This document shows positions 9,726 to 19,817 of a stretch of 64,000 nt of DNA, piece by piece (the stretch's first letter is position 1; each line of letters opens with the position of its first letter). The notes below the pieces were generated by a model. The model did not search any database. It was given only the letters and a program-made list of their open reading frames with translations, and had not been told where the DNA came from. Made by a program: the position numbers and the translations under genes. This stretch comes from an uncultured delta proteobacterium (GTDB taxonomy: Bacteria > Desulfobacterota > Desulfobacteria > Desulfobacterales > Desulfosalsimonadaceae): contig CAWGYD010000004.1 in the NCBI GenBank assembly GCA_963826785.1, positions 1 to 64,000 of the forward strand. Direction: 5' to 3'.

Positions 9726-10181
9726 TTATATCTGCTTCGCCTTATTCCGGGAGACGATCAAATGATCGTACCCCAAGTCTTTCAATGCTTGGGGAAAGAA
9801 GGCGAACATGGGCCGGACCAGGGGGAGGAGTTTGAGCATGGCGGTGATTTTTCCTCCCTGCTTGATCTTGCCCCGGGTCACTGAGGCCACGGGGTTCTCC
9901 AACCCGTGCCAGAACCGGTGGGAGTGGTCCGCGCTCTGCCTGGACCAGACGTCCTCCTGCAGATCACAAGGTCCGAGATAATAGTTGCCGAAGAATCCCT
10001 CCTTTTGCGGCGGATTTCGAAGGTCGATGGTGATCTCCCCGTCCGGGTCCGTGTAGATCCACTTGATGATGAGTCCGGATTTGGCCAGTTTCGGCCCCAC
10101 CTTGGGATCGGTGAGGATCTGCTCCATGAAATACCCGTAGATTTTGTACAAATGGTCGATGTCCTTGTAGTATTCACCCAT
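9726..10181 (-). CDS. SCP2 (sterol-carrier-like) lipid-binding domain protein
   Basis: YTDPDGEITID...SADHSHRFWHGLENPVASVTRGKIKQGG..TAMLKLLP; SD GGAGGAGG before ATG 10181. Confidence 0.7.
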   Translation of the reverse strand: MGEYYKDIDHLYKIYGYFMEQILTDPKVGPKLAKSGLIIKWIYTDPDGEITIDLRNPPQKEGFFGNYYLGPCDLQEDVWSRQSADHSHRFWHGLENPVASVTRGKIKQGGKITAMLKLLPLVRPMFAFFPQALKDLGYDHLIVSRNKAKQI

Positions 10182-10197
10182 GTTCGCCTCCTCCTTT

Positions 10198-11358
10198 TCA
10201 CTTTCGCTGATCAAACCGCCGCCCAAACAGCATGCTGGCCATGGTGACGCGCAGCATCTGCAGGGTGCCGCCGGCAACACCCCAGGCCCGGGCGTCCCGG
10301 GCCATCCGCTCGATGGGGTACTCCCGGGAGTAGCCGTACCCGCCGAAAACTTGCATGGCCATGTCGGTCACCTCCCGGACCATTTCATTGGCGTAGCATT
10401 TGCCCATGGATGCCTCGTAGATGGAGGGAAGCCCCTGACCGGCGTTGGTGGCCGCCCGGTAGACCAGCATCCGCGCCGCATCCAGCTTCATGGCCATATC
10501 CACGATGGTAAACTGGATGTTCTGGAATTCGCAGATGGGCCGGCCGAAGGCGGTGCGCTTGCCGGCATAGTCCCTGGCCGCTTCCAGGGCGCCGCCGGCG
10601 ATCCCGAGGCACATGGCCGCATTGCCGCACCGTTCGATGTCGAAAGTCAGCATGAGCTTGCCGAAATCCCCGGCCGGGATCACCACGTTCTCTTTGGGCA
10701 CCTTCACATCGTCAAAGTACAGGTCACAGGAGGGCATCCCGCGAAGGCCCATGTACTCCTCCTGTTTGCCGAAGGTAAATCCGGGCATTCCCTTCTCCAG
10801 GAGTATACCGCCGATCCCCTTATATCCCTTTGTCTCCCCGAACCGGGTGTAGACCATATAATGGCTGGCTTCGCCCCCGCCCGTAATGAAGCATTTCCTG
10901 CCGTTGAGCAAATAGTGGTCTCCCTTGTCCTCGGCCACTGTGGAAAGCGAAGTCAGGTCGGATCCCGCTTCGGGTTCTGTCATGCAGACCGATACGCTGT
11001 ATCTGCCTTCGCAGACCCCCGGCAGGATTTTTTTCTTCTGCTCCTCGGTTCCGAACATGTCGATCACCCGCACCGGCCCCACATTGGATTCAAACACCGG
11101 TGCGGCGATCATGGGGGAGAATTTGGCCAATTCCTCGATGGCAAGGACGGCCATCAGGGAGGCCTCCCCCGATCCGCCGTATTCAGGGGAAAGGGCCATG
11201 CCGATCAGGTCCATTTTGGCGAATTTTTCTATAAGGTGATGGGGAAACGCTCCGGTGGCATCGATTTGTGCGGCCAATTCGGCAAATTTTTCGCGCTTGC
11301 CCATGTCCCGCAGGGAGGTGATCAGCATAAGTTGTTCTTTTGAAAGGTTGAAGTCCAC
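10198..11358 (-). CDS. Acyl-CoA dehydrogenase
   Basis: CMTEPEAGSD, LNGRKCFITGG, MGLRG, RTAFGRPI..FQ, QVFGGYGYSREYPIER..RDAR; GTG start with SD AAGGAG. Confidence 0.95.
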   Translation of the reverse strand: MDFNLSKEQLMLITSLRDMGKREKFAELAAQIDATGAFPHHLIEKFAKMDLIGMALSPEYGGSGEASLMAVLAIEELAKFSPMIAAPVFESNVGPVRVIDMFGTEEQKKKILPGVCEGRYSVSVCMTEPEAGSDLTSLSTVAEDKGDHYLLNGRKCFITGGGEASHYMVYTRFGETKGYKGIGGILLEKGMPGFTFGKQEEYMGLRGMPSCDLYFDDVKVPKENVVIPAGDFGKLMLTFDIERCGNAAMCLGIAGGALEAARDYAGKRTAFGRPICEFQNIQFTIVDMAMKLDAARMLVYRAATNAGQGLPSIYEASMGKCYANEMVREVTDMAMQVFGGYGYSREYPIERMARDARAWGVAGGTLQMLRVTMASMLFGRRFDQRK

Positions 11359-11377
11359 AGGTGCTCCTTCTGATATA

Positions 11378-12772
11378 TTAAATGGTCTCGGTAATTTCTT
11401 GAATATCAATGATGTGTTCCAGATCAAGGACCCGTTTGACGATCTGTTTAATTTTTGAAGGTTTCTTTTTACTGCCGAAAGCATGAACTTTGGCGATGAT
11501 ATCCTCCCGGGTCATGGGCGTGCGAGGATCGCCCCCGGGCACCTCCACCTGGCGGGAAAGCGTTTTGCCGGATTTCAGGGTAATCTCCACCCGGGTGGCG
11601 GTCTTGTCCGGATACATGGCATTTAATGCATCGTCTGTGGAAACGCTGATTTTTCGGGAAAGGGCTATCAGCTTGGGATCGGCTATCCGGCTCTCTATGA
11701 GCTGCCGGGGCCCGAATTCGCCGTCGGCTATGGCCGCTGCCGTCACATAGGGGATGGAAAACTGTGCGGAGACAAATGAATCTTTTTCCTGAATCCCTTT
11801 CCCCACTGCCAGTTGGGCAATGCCATAGGTGAACACGTTGATCCGGTCGATATCATCTTGCACAAACCGCTGCTCGGCCGCAAGCTCCAGGGACGCCTGG
11901 ATGGCGCCGTGGGTGTGGCGGCAGGCGCTGTATGGTTTGAAATAGACATCGGAGATAGTGAAATGGGCGCCCAGGTTTTCGCTCAATTTCTCTATTTTAG
12001 GGTCGGATCGGGTAGTGATCTGCATGAACCCGCCGTTTAGGGCCGAGCCTTCCAGCACCTGGGGAAACCCGGTCAGACCGGCGCCGGCAAGGCCCGCGGC
12101 CAGGAGCCCGGACGCGGCCGCCTGCCCCCCCTGGACGATTTTAATCGTATATCCGCCCATGAGCTGCTCGGCCATGGACAACGGCAGGAGATAGCCGGCA
12201 TTGCTGACGGCGTTCAAGGTACGGCCGGCATCATATCCATAAATTTTGGCTGCTGCTGCAGCCGCCCCGAAGGCGCCGCAGGTGCCGGTAGGGAGAAAAC
12301 CGGACAGTGTGTGCCAGGGGTGCATGGCTGCCGCCGGGCGATTGGCCGCCTCGTAGCCAGCCACGATCGCTTCGATGATGCGCTGACCACTCGCCCCGGT
12401 TTCCTCGGCCGCGGCCAGGGCCGCCGGTATGACCGCGGTGCCGGGATGGTTGCCGCCGAAGCGCAGTCCGTCCTGGGCTTCGATGGCCTCGCCCGTGGTG
12501 CCGTTGATGAACACCGCATGCTGGGCATTTGTCTTGAATCCGCATCCCAGTACAGTAGTACCGCCGCCCTGGGTTGCTTTGCGGAAATAGTCGATGACAT
12601 TGTTGACGGCATTTAGTTCCAGAGAGCCGTAAACATTGGCGATATAGTCGAGCAGGCACAGTTTTGCTTTTTCGATCACATCGCCGGGCAGATCTTTGTA
12701 CCGCAACCCTGCACAGAACGTCGCCAGTGTTCTGCTCGGGCCTGGTGAATCTTGTTTTTCGTCAATTCCCAT
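11378..12772 (-). CDS. MmgE/PrpD-family protein
   Basis: KAKLCLLD, NHPGTAVIPAALA, AIVAGYE, FKPYSACRHTH, AQFSIPY, PGGDP. Confidence 0.92.
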   Translation of the reverse strand: MGIDEKQDSPGPSRTLATFCAGLRYKDLPGDVIEKAKLCLLDYIANVYGSLELNAVNNVIDYFRKATQGGGTTVLGCGFKTNAQHAVFINGTTGEAIEAQDGLRFGGNHPGTAVIPAALAAAEETGASGQRIIEAIVAGYEAANRPAAAMHPWHTLSGFLPTGTCGAFGAAAAAAKIYGYDAGRTLNAVSNAGYLLPLSMAEQLMGGYTIKIVQGGQAAASGLLAAGLAGAGLTGFPQVLEGSALNGGFMQITTRSDPKIEKLSENLGAHFTISDVYFKPYSACRHTHGAIQASLELAAEQRFVQDDIDRINVFTYGIAQLAVGKGIQEKDSFVSAQFSIPYVTAAAIADGEFGPRQLIESRIADPKLIALSRKISVSTDDALNAMYPDKTATRVEITLKSGKTLSRQVEVPGGDPRTPMTREDIIAKVHAFGSKKKPSKIKQIVKRVLDLEHIIDIQEITETI

Positions 12773-12828
12773 AAGAACGTCCAATGCTTTTTGCTGTAAC
12801 TGCAGGTTTTCTTTAGGTGAACGGTTTT

Positions 12829-13105
12829 ACACCCCCCTAACCCCCCTCAAGGGGGGAATTAAAGGGGGGGCCTCAAAGGAGGGGGCAAAGGGGGTGTCCC
12901 CTCAAGGGAGAAATCAACAAGTTGGTCCTCCTCAATGGTCCTCCTCAAGTGGTTCTCCTCAAACTGGTTCTCCTCAAGTGGTTCTCCTCAAGTGGTTCTA
13001 CTCAAGTGGTTCTACTCAAGTTGGTTCTACTCGGGCCTCCTCAAAGCGGGAATACAAGTGGGGCCTCCGCAAACCATTCCCCCCTTGAGGGGGGCAGGGG
13101 GGTGT
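12829..13105. repeat. Inverted pair of C/G-run REP-like units enclosing a 14-bp minisatellite
   Basis: ACACCCCCCTAACCCCCCTCAAGGGGGGAAT (12829-12859) and ATTCCCCCCTTGAGGGGGGCAGGGGGGTGT (13076-13105) flank about 8 copies of TGGTTCT(C/A)CTCAAG (12923-13032). Confidence 0.9.
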
Positions 13106-13116
13106 TCGTCGGCGTT

Positions 13117-13917
13117 TCAGACATACCCCCGCTTCTCATAAATGGAGATCATTCGGTGTGGATCGAGGACCTCCCGGATAATTTTAAGTTCGTCGGCCGC
13201 GGGTGGCAGCGTTTCATGTACATCATCAGCGACCTTCAGATCCCAGGGAGTGAGATCCCGGATCTCCTCGATGGTGCTGCCCGGGTGCCAGGACTCCAGG
13301 TAGGCCTCCCCCGAGGCCTTGTCGAACCGGAGCACTGCCTTGTTGGTGATGATGCACTCGGGTCCGGTCTTTTCGGGAAATCCCCATTTGGCGCGCGCAT
13401 CCGGGCCGTCGATATATCCCGGCGTTGTGATGAAATCGACTTTTTCCGAAAGCCGGCGTTTGTCATGCAGGGTGATGATCAGGATCTTTTTCGCTAAAGC
13501 CCCGATGGGGTTGGCCCCGCCGCTCCCCGGCAGCCGGCTGTGAGGAGCGGCGTAATCGCCGATGCAGGTGGTGTTGATATTGCCGAATTTGTCCACCTGG
13601 CTGCCCGACAAGAATCCCACATCCACCCACCCGGCCTGGAGAAACATGCCCATTACATCGATGAGGCCGCCCACCATGGCGGCTCCGGGGTTGAGGCAGG
13701 GATCTCCCACGGACAGGGGAGGCCGTGCGGGCCGGGCATCCACCACCCCGGATTCCTGCATCAGCACTGCCTGGGGCGCGTGGGTGTACTTGGCGATATT
13801 GGCGGACATGGCGGGAAAACCGGTGCCCACGATCACTACGTCATGGTCCCTGATTTCCCTGGCCCCGCAGCAGGCCATGAGTTCGGGCTTGATGTAGTCG
13901 GTTAAAGGACTGGTCAT
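13117..13917 (-). CDS. Family I CoA-transferase beta subunit (GctB/CatJ/IpdB-like)
   Basis: VIVGTGFP, catalytic Glu in LMQESG, QVDKFGNINTT, RLPGSGGAN, VDFITTPG. Confidence 0.92.
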   Translation of the reverse strand: MTSPLTDYIKPELMACCGAREIRDHDVVIVGTGFPAMSANIAKYTHAPQAVLMQESGVVDARPARPPLSVGDPCLNPGAAMVGGLIDVMGMFLQAGWVDVGFLSGSQVDKFGNINTTCIGDYAAPHSRLPGSGGANPIGALAKKILIITLHDKRRLSEKVDFITTPGYIDGPDARAKWGFPEKTGPECIITNKAVLRFDKASGEAYLESWHPGSTIEEIRDLTPWDLKVADDVHETLPPAADELKIIREVLDPHRMISIYEKRGYV

Positions 13918-13963
13918 AGGCGAGTTCCGTTCTAAATTTATAAATCATGCTTTTGGATCTACA

Positions 13964-14060
13964 TTTCCCCCCTTTTTTAAAGGGGGGCAGGGGGGATTTT
14001 CAACGGGTGCACGCAAATCTCTTTAAATCCCCCTAATCCCCCTTTGAAAAAGGGGGACTT
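13964..14060. repeat. REP-like inverted doublet
   Basis: TTCCCCCCTTTTTTAAAGGGGGGCAGGGGGGATTT ... AAATCCCCCTAATCCCCCTTTGAAAAAGGGGGACTT. Confidence 0.85.
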
Positions 14061-14120
14061 TGGGCCGCGGTTCGCGAATATACAGATATGAAATCACATA
14101 AGCATTTACATAAATGCTGC

Positions 14121-15056
14121 TCAATATGCATAGCTCACCGGCGGACTGTAATCGAACCCGGCCTGAAGTTTATGAAATGCATCATAGCCGAAGCGCTGGA
14201 TGTAATGGGTGATGTATGCGTTCCGGTCCGGGAGGTCATAAACCCATTCCTTTAAAAATGCCGAAAACCCTTCCACTGTGTTGGATGCCTGCTGGTACTG
14301 GTAGCCGAAGCCGAAATCCACATCGTAGAACCCGGGGGTGTACCCGGGATGGGCGCCGAAGGGCTCCTCCACCACGGCCGCCACCTTGAATGAGGGGACG
14401 ATGGTTCGCGACGGGTCCTTGCCGATCACCTCCCGGCTGACAATCCGCTCGCAGCTTACGATCACCTTTTTGGCCGCGTTGGCCCCGGCCTTGCAATCCC
14501 CGCCGATCCCCCAGATCTGGGCGTTTCCCTCCTCATCAGCCTGCTGGACGTGAATGACGGCCACATCCGGATTCAGGGCCGGCACCACTACAGTGGGTTT
14601 ACCGTCAAAAGGCGAATCGATGATCTTGAATTTGTCATCTCCCATGAATGACTTTATTTTCAGCAGATCGGTTCCCATCATGTCTTTGACCGGCACGAAG
14701 GGCATTCCCAGAGACCCGGCCATGAGCATCATCGGGAGCGACAGGTTGGTGTATTCCTCCAACTCGATTCTGTGCGGAATCCCCTTTTCGATGGATCGGC
14801 GGTAGCAGCGTCCCAGCCCGTAAACCCCCAAGGAAAGGAAGGTGCCGATAAATCGCTTCACCACGCCCGCGCCGATCATCATGTCAAAATCATCGGCCGC
14901 ATTGCTGCGGGTGACGGTGAGGTCTTTTCTGTTCTGCCGGATGATTTCGTGGATCACCGCAAACGGCGGCCGGCAGATATACCCGCCGATGTAGACAAAC
15001 GCACCGTCGAAGATGAACTTTTCCACCGCCTCCTTCGTGGTCATGACTTTGGACAT
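14121..15056 (-). CDS. Family I CoA-transferase alpha subunit (GctA/CatI/IpdA-like)
   Basis: MSKVMTTKEAV...HEIIRQ...AGSLGMPFVP...PDVAVIHVQQADEEGN...PFGAHP. Confidence 0.92.
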   Translation of the reverse strand: MSKVMTTKEAVEKFIFDGAFVYIGGYICRPPFAVIHEIIRQNRKDLTVTRSNAADDFDMMIGAGVVKRFIGTFLSLGVYGLGRCYRRSIEKGIPHRIELEEYTNLSLPMMLMAGSLGMPFVPVKDMMGTDLLKIKSFMGDDKFKIIDSPFDGKPTVVVPALNPDVAVIHVQQADEEGNAQIWGIGGDCKAGANAAKKVIVSCERIVSREVIGKDPSRTIVPSFKVAAVVEEPFGAHPGYTPGFYDVDFGFGYQYQQASNTVEGFSAFLKEWVYDLPDRNAYITHYIQRFGYDAFHKLQAGFDYSPPVSYAY

Positions 15057-15096
15057 TGAATGAAATCCTCTTTTTTTCCGTGAAAAACCGCTATTC

Positions 15097-15182
15097 AAGT
15101 CCCCCTTTAAAAAGGGGGATTTAGGGGGATTTTGCTGCCGGACGTCTTAAATCCCCCCAACCCCCCTTTGCGAAAGGGGGGC
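15097..15182. repeat. REP-like inverted doublet
   Basis: AAGTCCCCCTTTAAAAAGGGGGATTTAGGGGGATTT ... AAATCCCCCCAACCCCCCTTTGCGAAAGGGGGG. Confidence 0.85.
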
Positions 15183-15236
15183 AGAGTTCATCATTTCTTG
15201 TCTTTTTCGGACAAGCGGCCGGAATACAATTTACCT

Positions 15237-17618
15237 TTAAAATTCATACTCCATGCGTTCGATGATCTCGTCCTGGGCGATGTCGCTGAGGTTGATGAAT
15301 ATGCCGGAATAGCCGGAAATGCGCACGATCAGGTCCCGGTACCTGTCGGGGTGGGCCTGGGCGTCGCGCAGGGTTTCAGAGTCGACCATGTTGAACTGCA
15401 CCTGGACCCCGCCTTTTTTAAAATATCCCTGGATCAGGTTCATGGTGGCCTTGGCGGGGATCCGCTTCCCCGGCAGGCGCATGTTCAGGTTCATGCCATT
15501 TGACACGCGCGAAAGGGGCAGCTTGGCCACGGAGTTCATCACTGCCGTGGGGCCGGCAACCGCCCGGCCGTTGCTGGGAGTGACCCCGTTGCCAAGGGTT
15601 TCGCCGGCGGACCGGCCGTCGGCGGTGGCGCCGGTGAACGCCCCCATGGAAATGTGAAATCCCACGGAAAAAATCCCCGGCCAGAACCGGCCGCCGCGAA
15701 AATTGACATGGGGGGCCAGCCGGTTGCAGAAATGATGGATGACGCATGCGGCCATTTCATCCACCGCATCGATGTCATTGCCGTACTTGTCCACGTGGTT
15801 GCGCAGGTACTGCTGCTCCTCCTCATGGTCCATCCAGTCCTCGGCCAGCCATTGCACCAGGTCTTCCATTTTGAATCGGCGATCCTCGAAAACGGCCTTT
15901 TTAACGGCATAGAGGCTGTCGGCCGTGTTGGAAAAACCCATGAGCTGAACGCCGGTGGAATTATACACCGCGCCGCCCCGGGTGAGATCGCACCCCTTAT
16001 CCAGCGGCCCCTCGATCATGGCCGAGGCAAAGGGGGAGGGGGCCCGTTCGGCAATGGCCTGGTCCAGGCAGGCCATCCCTTTGACCATCTGGGAAAGAAA
16101 ATGGGTGAACTGGGCATCATATGCGTTCCATACATCGTCGAAAGAGGCAAATGCGGCAGGATCGCCGGTTTGGATACCGTTTTCCTGGCCGAAGATGTTG
16201 TCGATTCCGTTTGACAGCGCCAGTTCCAGGCACTTGATTCCGTTGAACTGCACGGCGAAGGTGGAGCCGAATGTTTTTCCCTGGGCGTTTGGCTCCAGGC
16301 ACCCCACGGTGGCATAGTTTCTCGCGTCGGCTTCGCTCAGGCCCGCGGCCAGGAGAGATTTGACAATTGCCTCGTCATTGAAGAAATGAAGCAGCACACC
16401 GTCTTTGGCATACTGTACCGCCCGCATGAAAAACAGCTCCGGCGTGCTTTTGCCGATGCGAACCCCGAAATTGGGCTGCACGGTGCGCACATCCGCATAG
16501 GCGTCCAGGCAGATCCAGCTCAACGCATTTACGGCATCCTTTCCGTTTTCATCGATGCCGCCGACCACCACGTTCTGTGTGGTTTTGCCTTCCGTGCCTT
16601 CACCTCCGGGCGTATATGCCTCCTCCAGCACATTCCAGATTTCATTGGTTTTGATGAAAAGCAGGGCGATGAGCTCCCGGGCCTGCTGCGGCGTGATCTT
16701 CCCATCTTCCAGGTCGTGCTGGTAATACGGGTACAGGATCTGGTCGATGCGGCCCAAGGATACGGAATTGCCTCCGGATTCGATCTGGGCGATCAGGTGG
16801 ATGAAGTAAAAGGACTGGACCGCCTCGTGAAAAGTTCGGGCGGGGTGTTCCGGGACCCGCCGGCAGACCGCGGCTATCCGTTGAAGTTCCTTTTTCCGCT
16901 CGGCATCGGTTTCGACCGCGGCCAATTCTTCAGCCAGGTCCGCATAGCGGCGGGCAAACATGATGGCTGCTTCAAGCGACCGGATCACCGCCTGGTAGAA
17001 CAGGCCCTTGCGGTTCTCCCGATCAGGAGAGGGGAGTGCATTGTACTTTCTCCGGGCATCTTCTATGATGCCGGACAGCCCTCCGGCGAGCACCCGGGGC
17101 TGATTCATGGTGAAATGGCCGATGCCGTATGTGATCTGAAGCATGATGGTGAAGATATACTTGTCGATATCGGCAAATACATCCTCGGGCATGAGCTCCT
17201 CGAACCGGTCCTCTGCGGTTCGGCCCACCCAGAAAGGGATGATCTCATCAAGGATCTCCTGTTTTTCGGATTCCGTGATCAGGGCACGCTGCACGACCCG
17301 CCTGTCGAAATTCTCTACATCCCCTTCGATCCATCGCACCTTGTTTTCCGGAAACAGGGGCGCGCCCTTGAGCTTGGCCGTGCGGCACCCCACGATGAGC
17401 TCCTCCGCCCGGATGGTGACGGTGATGTTTTCAAGGATGTGTTCAAGGGCCAGGCTCATCCGGATCAGGGGATCCTTTTCCCAGTGGGCCTTCATGGCGG
17501 CGGTGAGATACCGGGCACGCTCCACACAGACTTCCTGGGGGGCGGCGATGATCCGGTCCCGAAGCCGTCCGACCCGGGTATCCGCAATGAGTTGGGGGGA
17601 TGAAAGGGCGGTTTCCAT
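15237..17618 (-). CDS. Glycyl-radical enzyme (PFL-like superfamily, eliminase/dehydratase-type active site)
   Basis: 793 aa; Cys loop NYATVGCLEP (single Cys, CxE); Gly loop LIVRISGYS; SLGRIDQILYPYY; KYGND; ATADGR; SD GGAGG. Confidence 0.93.
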   Translation of the reverse strand: METALSSPQLIADTRVGRLRDRIIAAPQEVCVERARYLTAAMKAHWEKDPLIRMSLALEHILENITVTIRAEELIVGCRTAKLKGAPLFPENKVRWIEGDVENFDRRVVQRALITESEKQEILDEIIPFWVGRTAEDRFEELMPEDVFADIDKYIFTIMLQITYGIGHFTMNQPRVLAGGLSGIIEDARRKYNALPSPDRENRKGLFYQAVIRSLEAAIMFARRYADLAEELAAVETDAERKKELQRIAAVCRRVPEHPARTFHEAVQSFYFIHLIAQIESGGNSVSLGRIDQILYPYYQHDLEDGKITPQQARELIALLFIKTNEIWNVLEEAYTPGGEGTEGKTTQNVVVGGIDENGKDAVNALSWICLDAYADVRTVQPNFGVRIGKSTPELFFMRAVQYAKDGVLLHFFNDEAIVKSLLAAGLSEADARNYATVGCLEPNAQGKTFGSTFAVQFNGIKCLELALSNGIDNIFGQENGIQTGDPAAFASFDDVWNAYDAQFTHFLSQMVKGMACLDQAIAERAPSPFASAMIEGPLDKGCDLTRGGAVYNSTGVQLMGFSNTADSLYAVKKAVFEDRRFKMEDLVQWLAEDWMDHEEEQQYLRNHVDKYGNDIDAVDEMAACVIHHFCNRLAPHVNFRGGRFWPGIFSVGFHISMGAFTGATADGRSAGETLGNGVTPSNGRAVAGPTAVMNSVAKLPLSRVSNGMNLNMRLPGKRIPAKATMNLIQGYFKKGGVQVQFNMVDSETLRDAQAHPDRYRDLIVRISGYSGIFINLSDIAQDEIIERMEYEF

Positions 17619-17643
17619 AACAACCTCCTGATTGAAATGCCAT

Positions 17644-18474
17644 TTAAACCTTTATATCCATGTGATTCACCAGAATCGCATCTCGCAGGAATTTCGGGAG
17701 CACCCGGTTCAACCCCAGGAAGAAGGTACTCATGAAATCCACCTGGTTGTGAAACTTCGGTTTCTGCGCCTGAATCACCTTCACGATGCGCCTGGCCGCC
17801 TGTTCCGGTGTGGTGGCGGTCTTGATCAGTTCATTGTCGCGGTCGATGAACCGTCCGGCCCGTTCCCGGTAGGGAGAGCCTTCCGGCGGCAAATGATGAA
17901 TCTTGGCGGCAAAGGTGGTGGAGACCTGGGCCGGCTCGATGACGGCCACCTGGATGCCGAAGGGGGACAGTTCGTATTGGATTGATTCCACGAGCCCCTG
18001 GATGGCAAATTTGGATGCCGTGTAGATCGATTCAAAAGGAAAGGGGATCCTCCCCACCAGGGAGGACATGGCGATCAGCTTTCCGGCACCCGCCTTTCGC
18101 ATATGGGGGATAAAGGCCTGGAAAATGGAGGCGGCTCCGATCACATTGATCTCGAGGCATTTCAACGCTCTTTCCAGGTCGACCTCCTCAAAGGGCCCGA
18201 AAAAACCGATCCCTACATTAGAGACCACCGTATCCACGCGGGCGAATTTTTTCAGCACCGTATCTTTGAATCTCAGAATGCCGCCCCGGTCCGTGATATC
18301 CAGGGTTTCCAGGTGGCAGCGGGCGCCGAGGCCTGCAAGCTCCTGTGTAAGCGATTCGATGCTTTCGGCATCCACGTCGAATCCGGCGATGGTATGGCCG
18401 GCTTGTGCCAGCATTCGGGCGACCTCCCGGCCCATCCCCTGCGCCAAACCGGTGATGACCACTGTCTGCGCCAT
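17644..18474 (-). CDS. Short-chain dehydrogenase/reductase
   Basis: ITGLAQGMG, SNVGIG, SS, YTASK. Confidence 0.92.
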   Translation of the reverse strand: MAQTVVITGLAQGMGREVARMLAQAGHTIAGFDVDAESIESLTQELAGLGARCHLETLDITDRGGILRFKDTVLKKFARVDTVVSNVGIGFFGPFEEVDLERALKCLEINVIGAASIFQAFIPHMRKAGAGKLIAMSSLVGRIPFPFESIYTASKFAIQGLVESIQYELSPFGIQVAVIEPAQVSTTFAAKIHHLPPEGSPYRERAGRFIDRDNELIKTATTPEQAARRIVKVIQAQKPKFHNQVDFMSTFFLGLNRVLPKFLRDAILVNHMDIKV

Positions 18475-18515
18475 ATTCCCTCCTTTTACCGATTTTTCCA
18501 TCTGGTGTATATCGG

Positions 18516-18680
18516 CTGCCAGAACCCGTAAACCGGGGTCTGATCGCTCATGATCTTTTTGCGGATATCGTTAACTGCCGGTTGACCGTTTTAGTTCAGC
18601 ATCGATTGATCGCCGGTGTCGGCTTTTAGGGCAAAAATCTCAAATCTCGCTCTCCAGACCCCGGTTCACGGATTCGTCAG
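18516..18680. repeat. ~165-bp long-stem hairpin element, family member 1
   Basis: Arms GAACCCGTAAACCGGGGTCTG (18522-18542) and CAGACCCCGGTTCACGGATTC (18655-18675); inner motifs TCGCTCA..ATCTTTTTGC and GGGCAAAAATCT..TCGCTCT are shared with 45228-45394 and 56212-56340. Confidence 0.75.
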
Positions 18681-18739
18681 GGGCTGTCTGGTGGAAATTA
18701 CCTGGCCTATTTGAATTTGATAAACCCTTCCCGCAATTC

Positions 18740-18765
18740 GTCACTCCGGCGGAGGCCGGAGTCTA
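18740..18765 (+). repeat. Single GTCA-type REP-like palindrome
   Basis: GTCACTCCGGCGGAGGCCGGAGTCTA. Confidence 0.5.
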
Positions 18766-18833
18766 CAATTTGCTCGTTGGCAACGGTTTCGGCCACTTCA
18801 GGAATAATGGCATTGAAATCAAGTAGAATTAGT

Positions 18834-19817
18834 TCAAAAATTGCCATGGTACCATTCCCCCATCTGCTGCATGGAGGCTTCAAAATCCGGGTATTTCAAT
18901 TGAAACCCCGTCTGTTTGAGTTTGCGGTTGTCTACAACGTAGTCGTTATACAAATAGTTGACAGCGTCATATTCGATGTCCGGGATTTTGCCTTTGCGTT
19001 TTGCGGCCCAGCCGTCCAGGCGTGCGGCGAATTTCACGACGGACAGCGGCAGGTGCAGTTTGGGAACGGCGGTGTCGAATGTCAGCGCCGCCAGGGTAAG
19101 CGCATGCTTGAGTGTGGGGTTGGAATCGTCGGATAGATTGTATACTCCTCCCATGGCGGAATCGAGTTCCGAAAGGTAGATGGCGGCTTCGGCCACATCT
19201 TCGGCCCGGATGTTGGACAGCTTCTGGCCCCCCCTGCCCGGCACGGCGGTAATGGACGTGGGCCGGGAAAAGACCTTGCCGGCCCCGTCATTGCACCGGG
19301 GGCCGTAGACCGTGCAGGGCCGGACGATAATGGCGGGAAGCCCCTGCTTCATGCGGCCAAAGACAATGTCTTCGCCATCGCGCTTGCTTTTGCCGTAATC
19401 ATCCATGGGCGTGCGCGCATGGTTTTCCGCAAACGGCTTTCCTTTATAATAACCGTACACGCTGGTGGAGGTGACGTGGACAAACACCTTCACCCCTTTT
19501 TCCAGCGCCAGGCGGGTGATGTGGTCCACCCCGTGCACATTGGTGCTGCAAAGATTGCCATAGGGGGTGGAGAAGTTGCAGATGGCGCCCAGGTGGAACA
19601 CCCGGTCGATATCCCCGGCAAACAGCGGCGGCAGGGTTTCGGGCCGGGTGAGATCGGCGGGGATGTATTCGACCCCCAGGTTTTCAAAAAAGGACAGATC
19701 CGTCCGCGGCCTGGAGGTGGCCCGCACCCGGATGCCCCGGGCCGCAAGCGCCTCCACCATGTGGCTGCCCATGAACCCGGCTGCACCGGTCACCAGGGAT
19801 ATGCCTGAATGTCTCAT
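18834..19817 (-). CDS. Extended SDR, NAD-dependent epimerase/3-beta-hydroxysteroid dehydrogenase family
   Basis: VTGAAGFMG, VFHLGA, TSTSVYG, YGKSK, RPCTVYGP. Confidence 0.9.
   Translation of the reverse strand: MRHSGISLVTGAAGFMGSHMVEALAARGIRVRATSRPRTDLSFFENLGVEYIPADLTRPETLPPLFAGDIDRVFHLGAICNFSTPYGNLCSTNVHGVDHITRLALEKGVKVFVHVTSTSVYGYYKGKPFAENHARTPMDDYGKSKRDGEDIVFGRMKQGLPAIIVRPCTVYGPRCNDGAGKVFSRPTSITAVPGRGGQKLSNIRAEDVAEAAIYLSELDSAMGGVYNLSDDSNPTLKHALTLAALTFDTAVPKLHLPLSVVKFAARLDGWAAKRKGKIPDIEYDAVNYLYNDYVVDNRKLKQTGFQLKYPDFEASMQQMGEWYHGNF

Noticed and set aside
12923..13032. Possible CRISPR array
   Set aside because: The 14-15-bp units are contiguous with no unique spacers, and there are no cas genes; it is a minisatellite.
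12696..13497. ORFs with repetitive VVLLKW / SSSGSPQ peptides
   Set aside because: They are translations of the minisatellite and antisense overlap with the CoA-transferase gene.
15237..17618. Calling the GRE pyruvate formate-lyase or a fumarate-adding (bssA/assA) enzyme
   Set aside because: It has a single-Cys CLE loop rather than PFL's CC, and lacks the small Fe-S subunit genes and activase typical of bss/ass loci.
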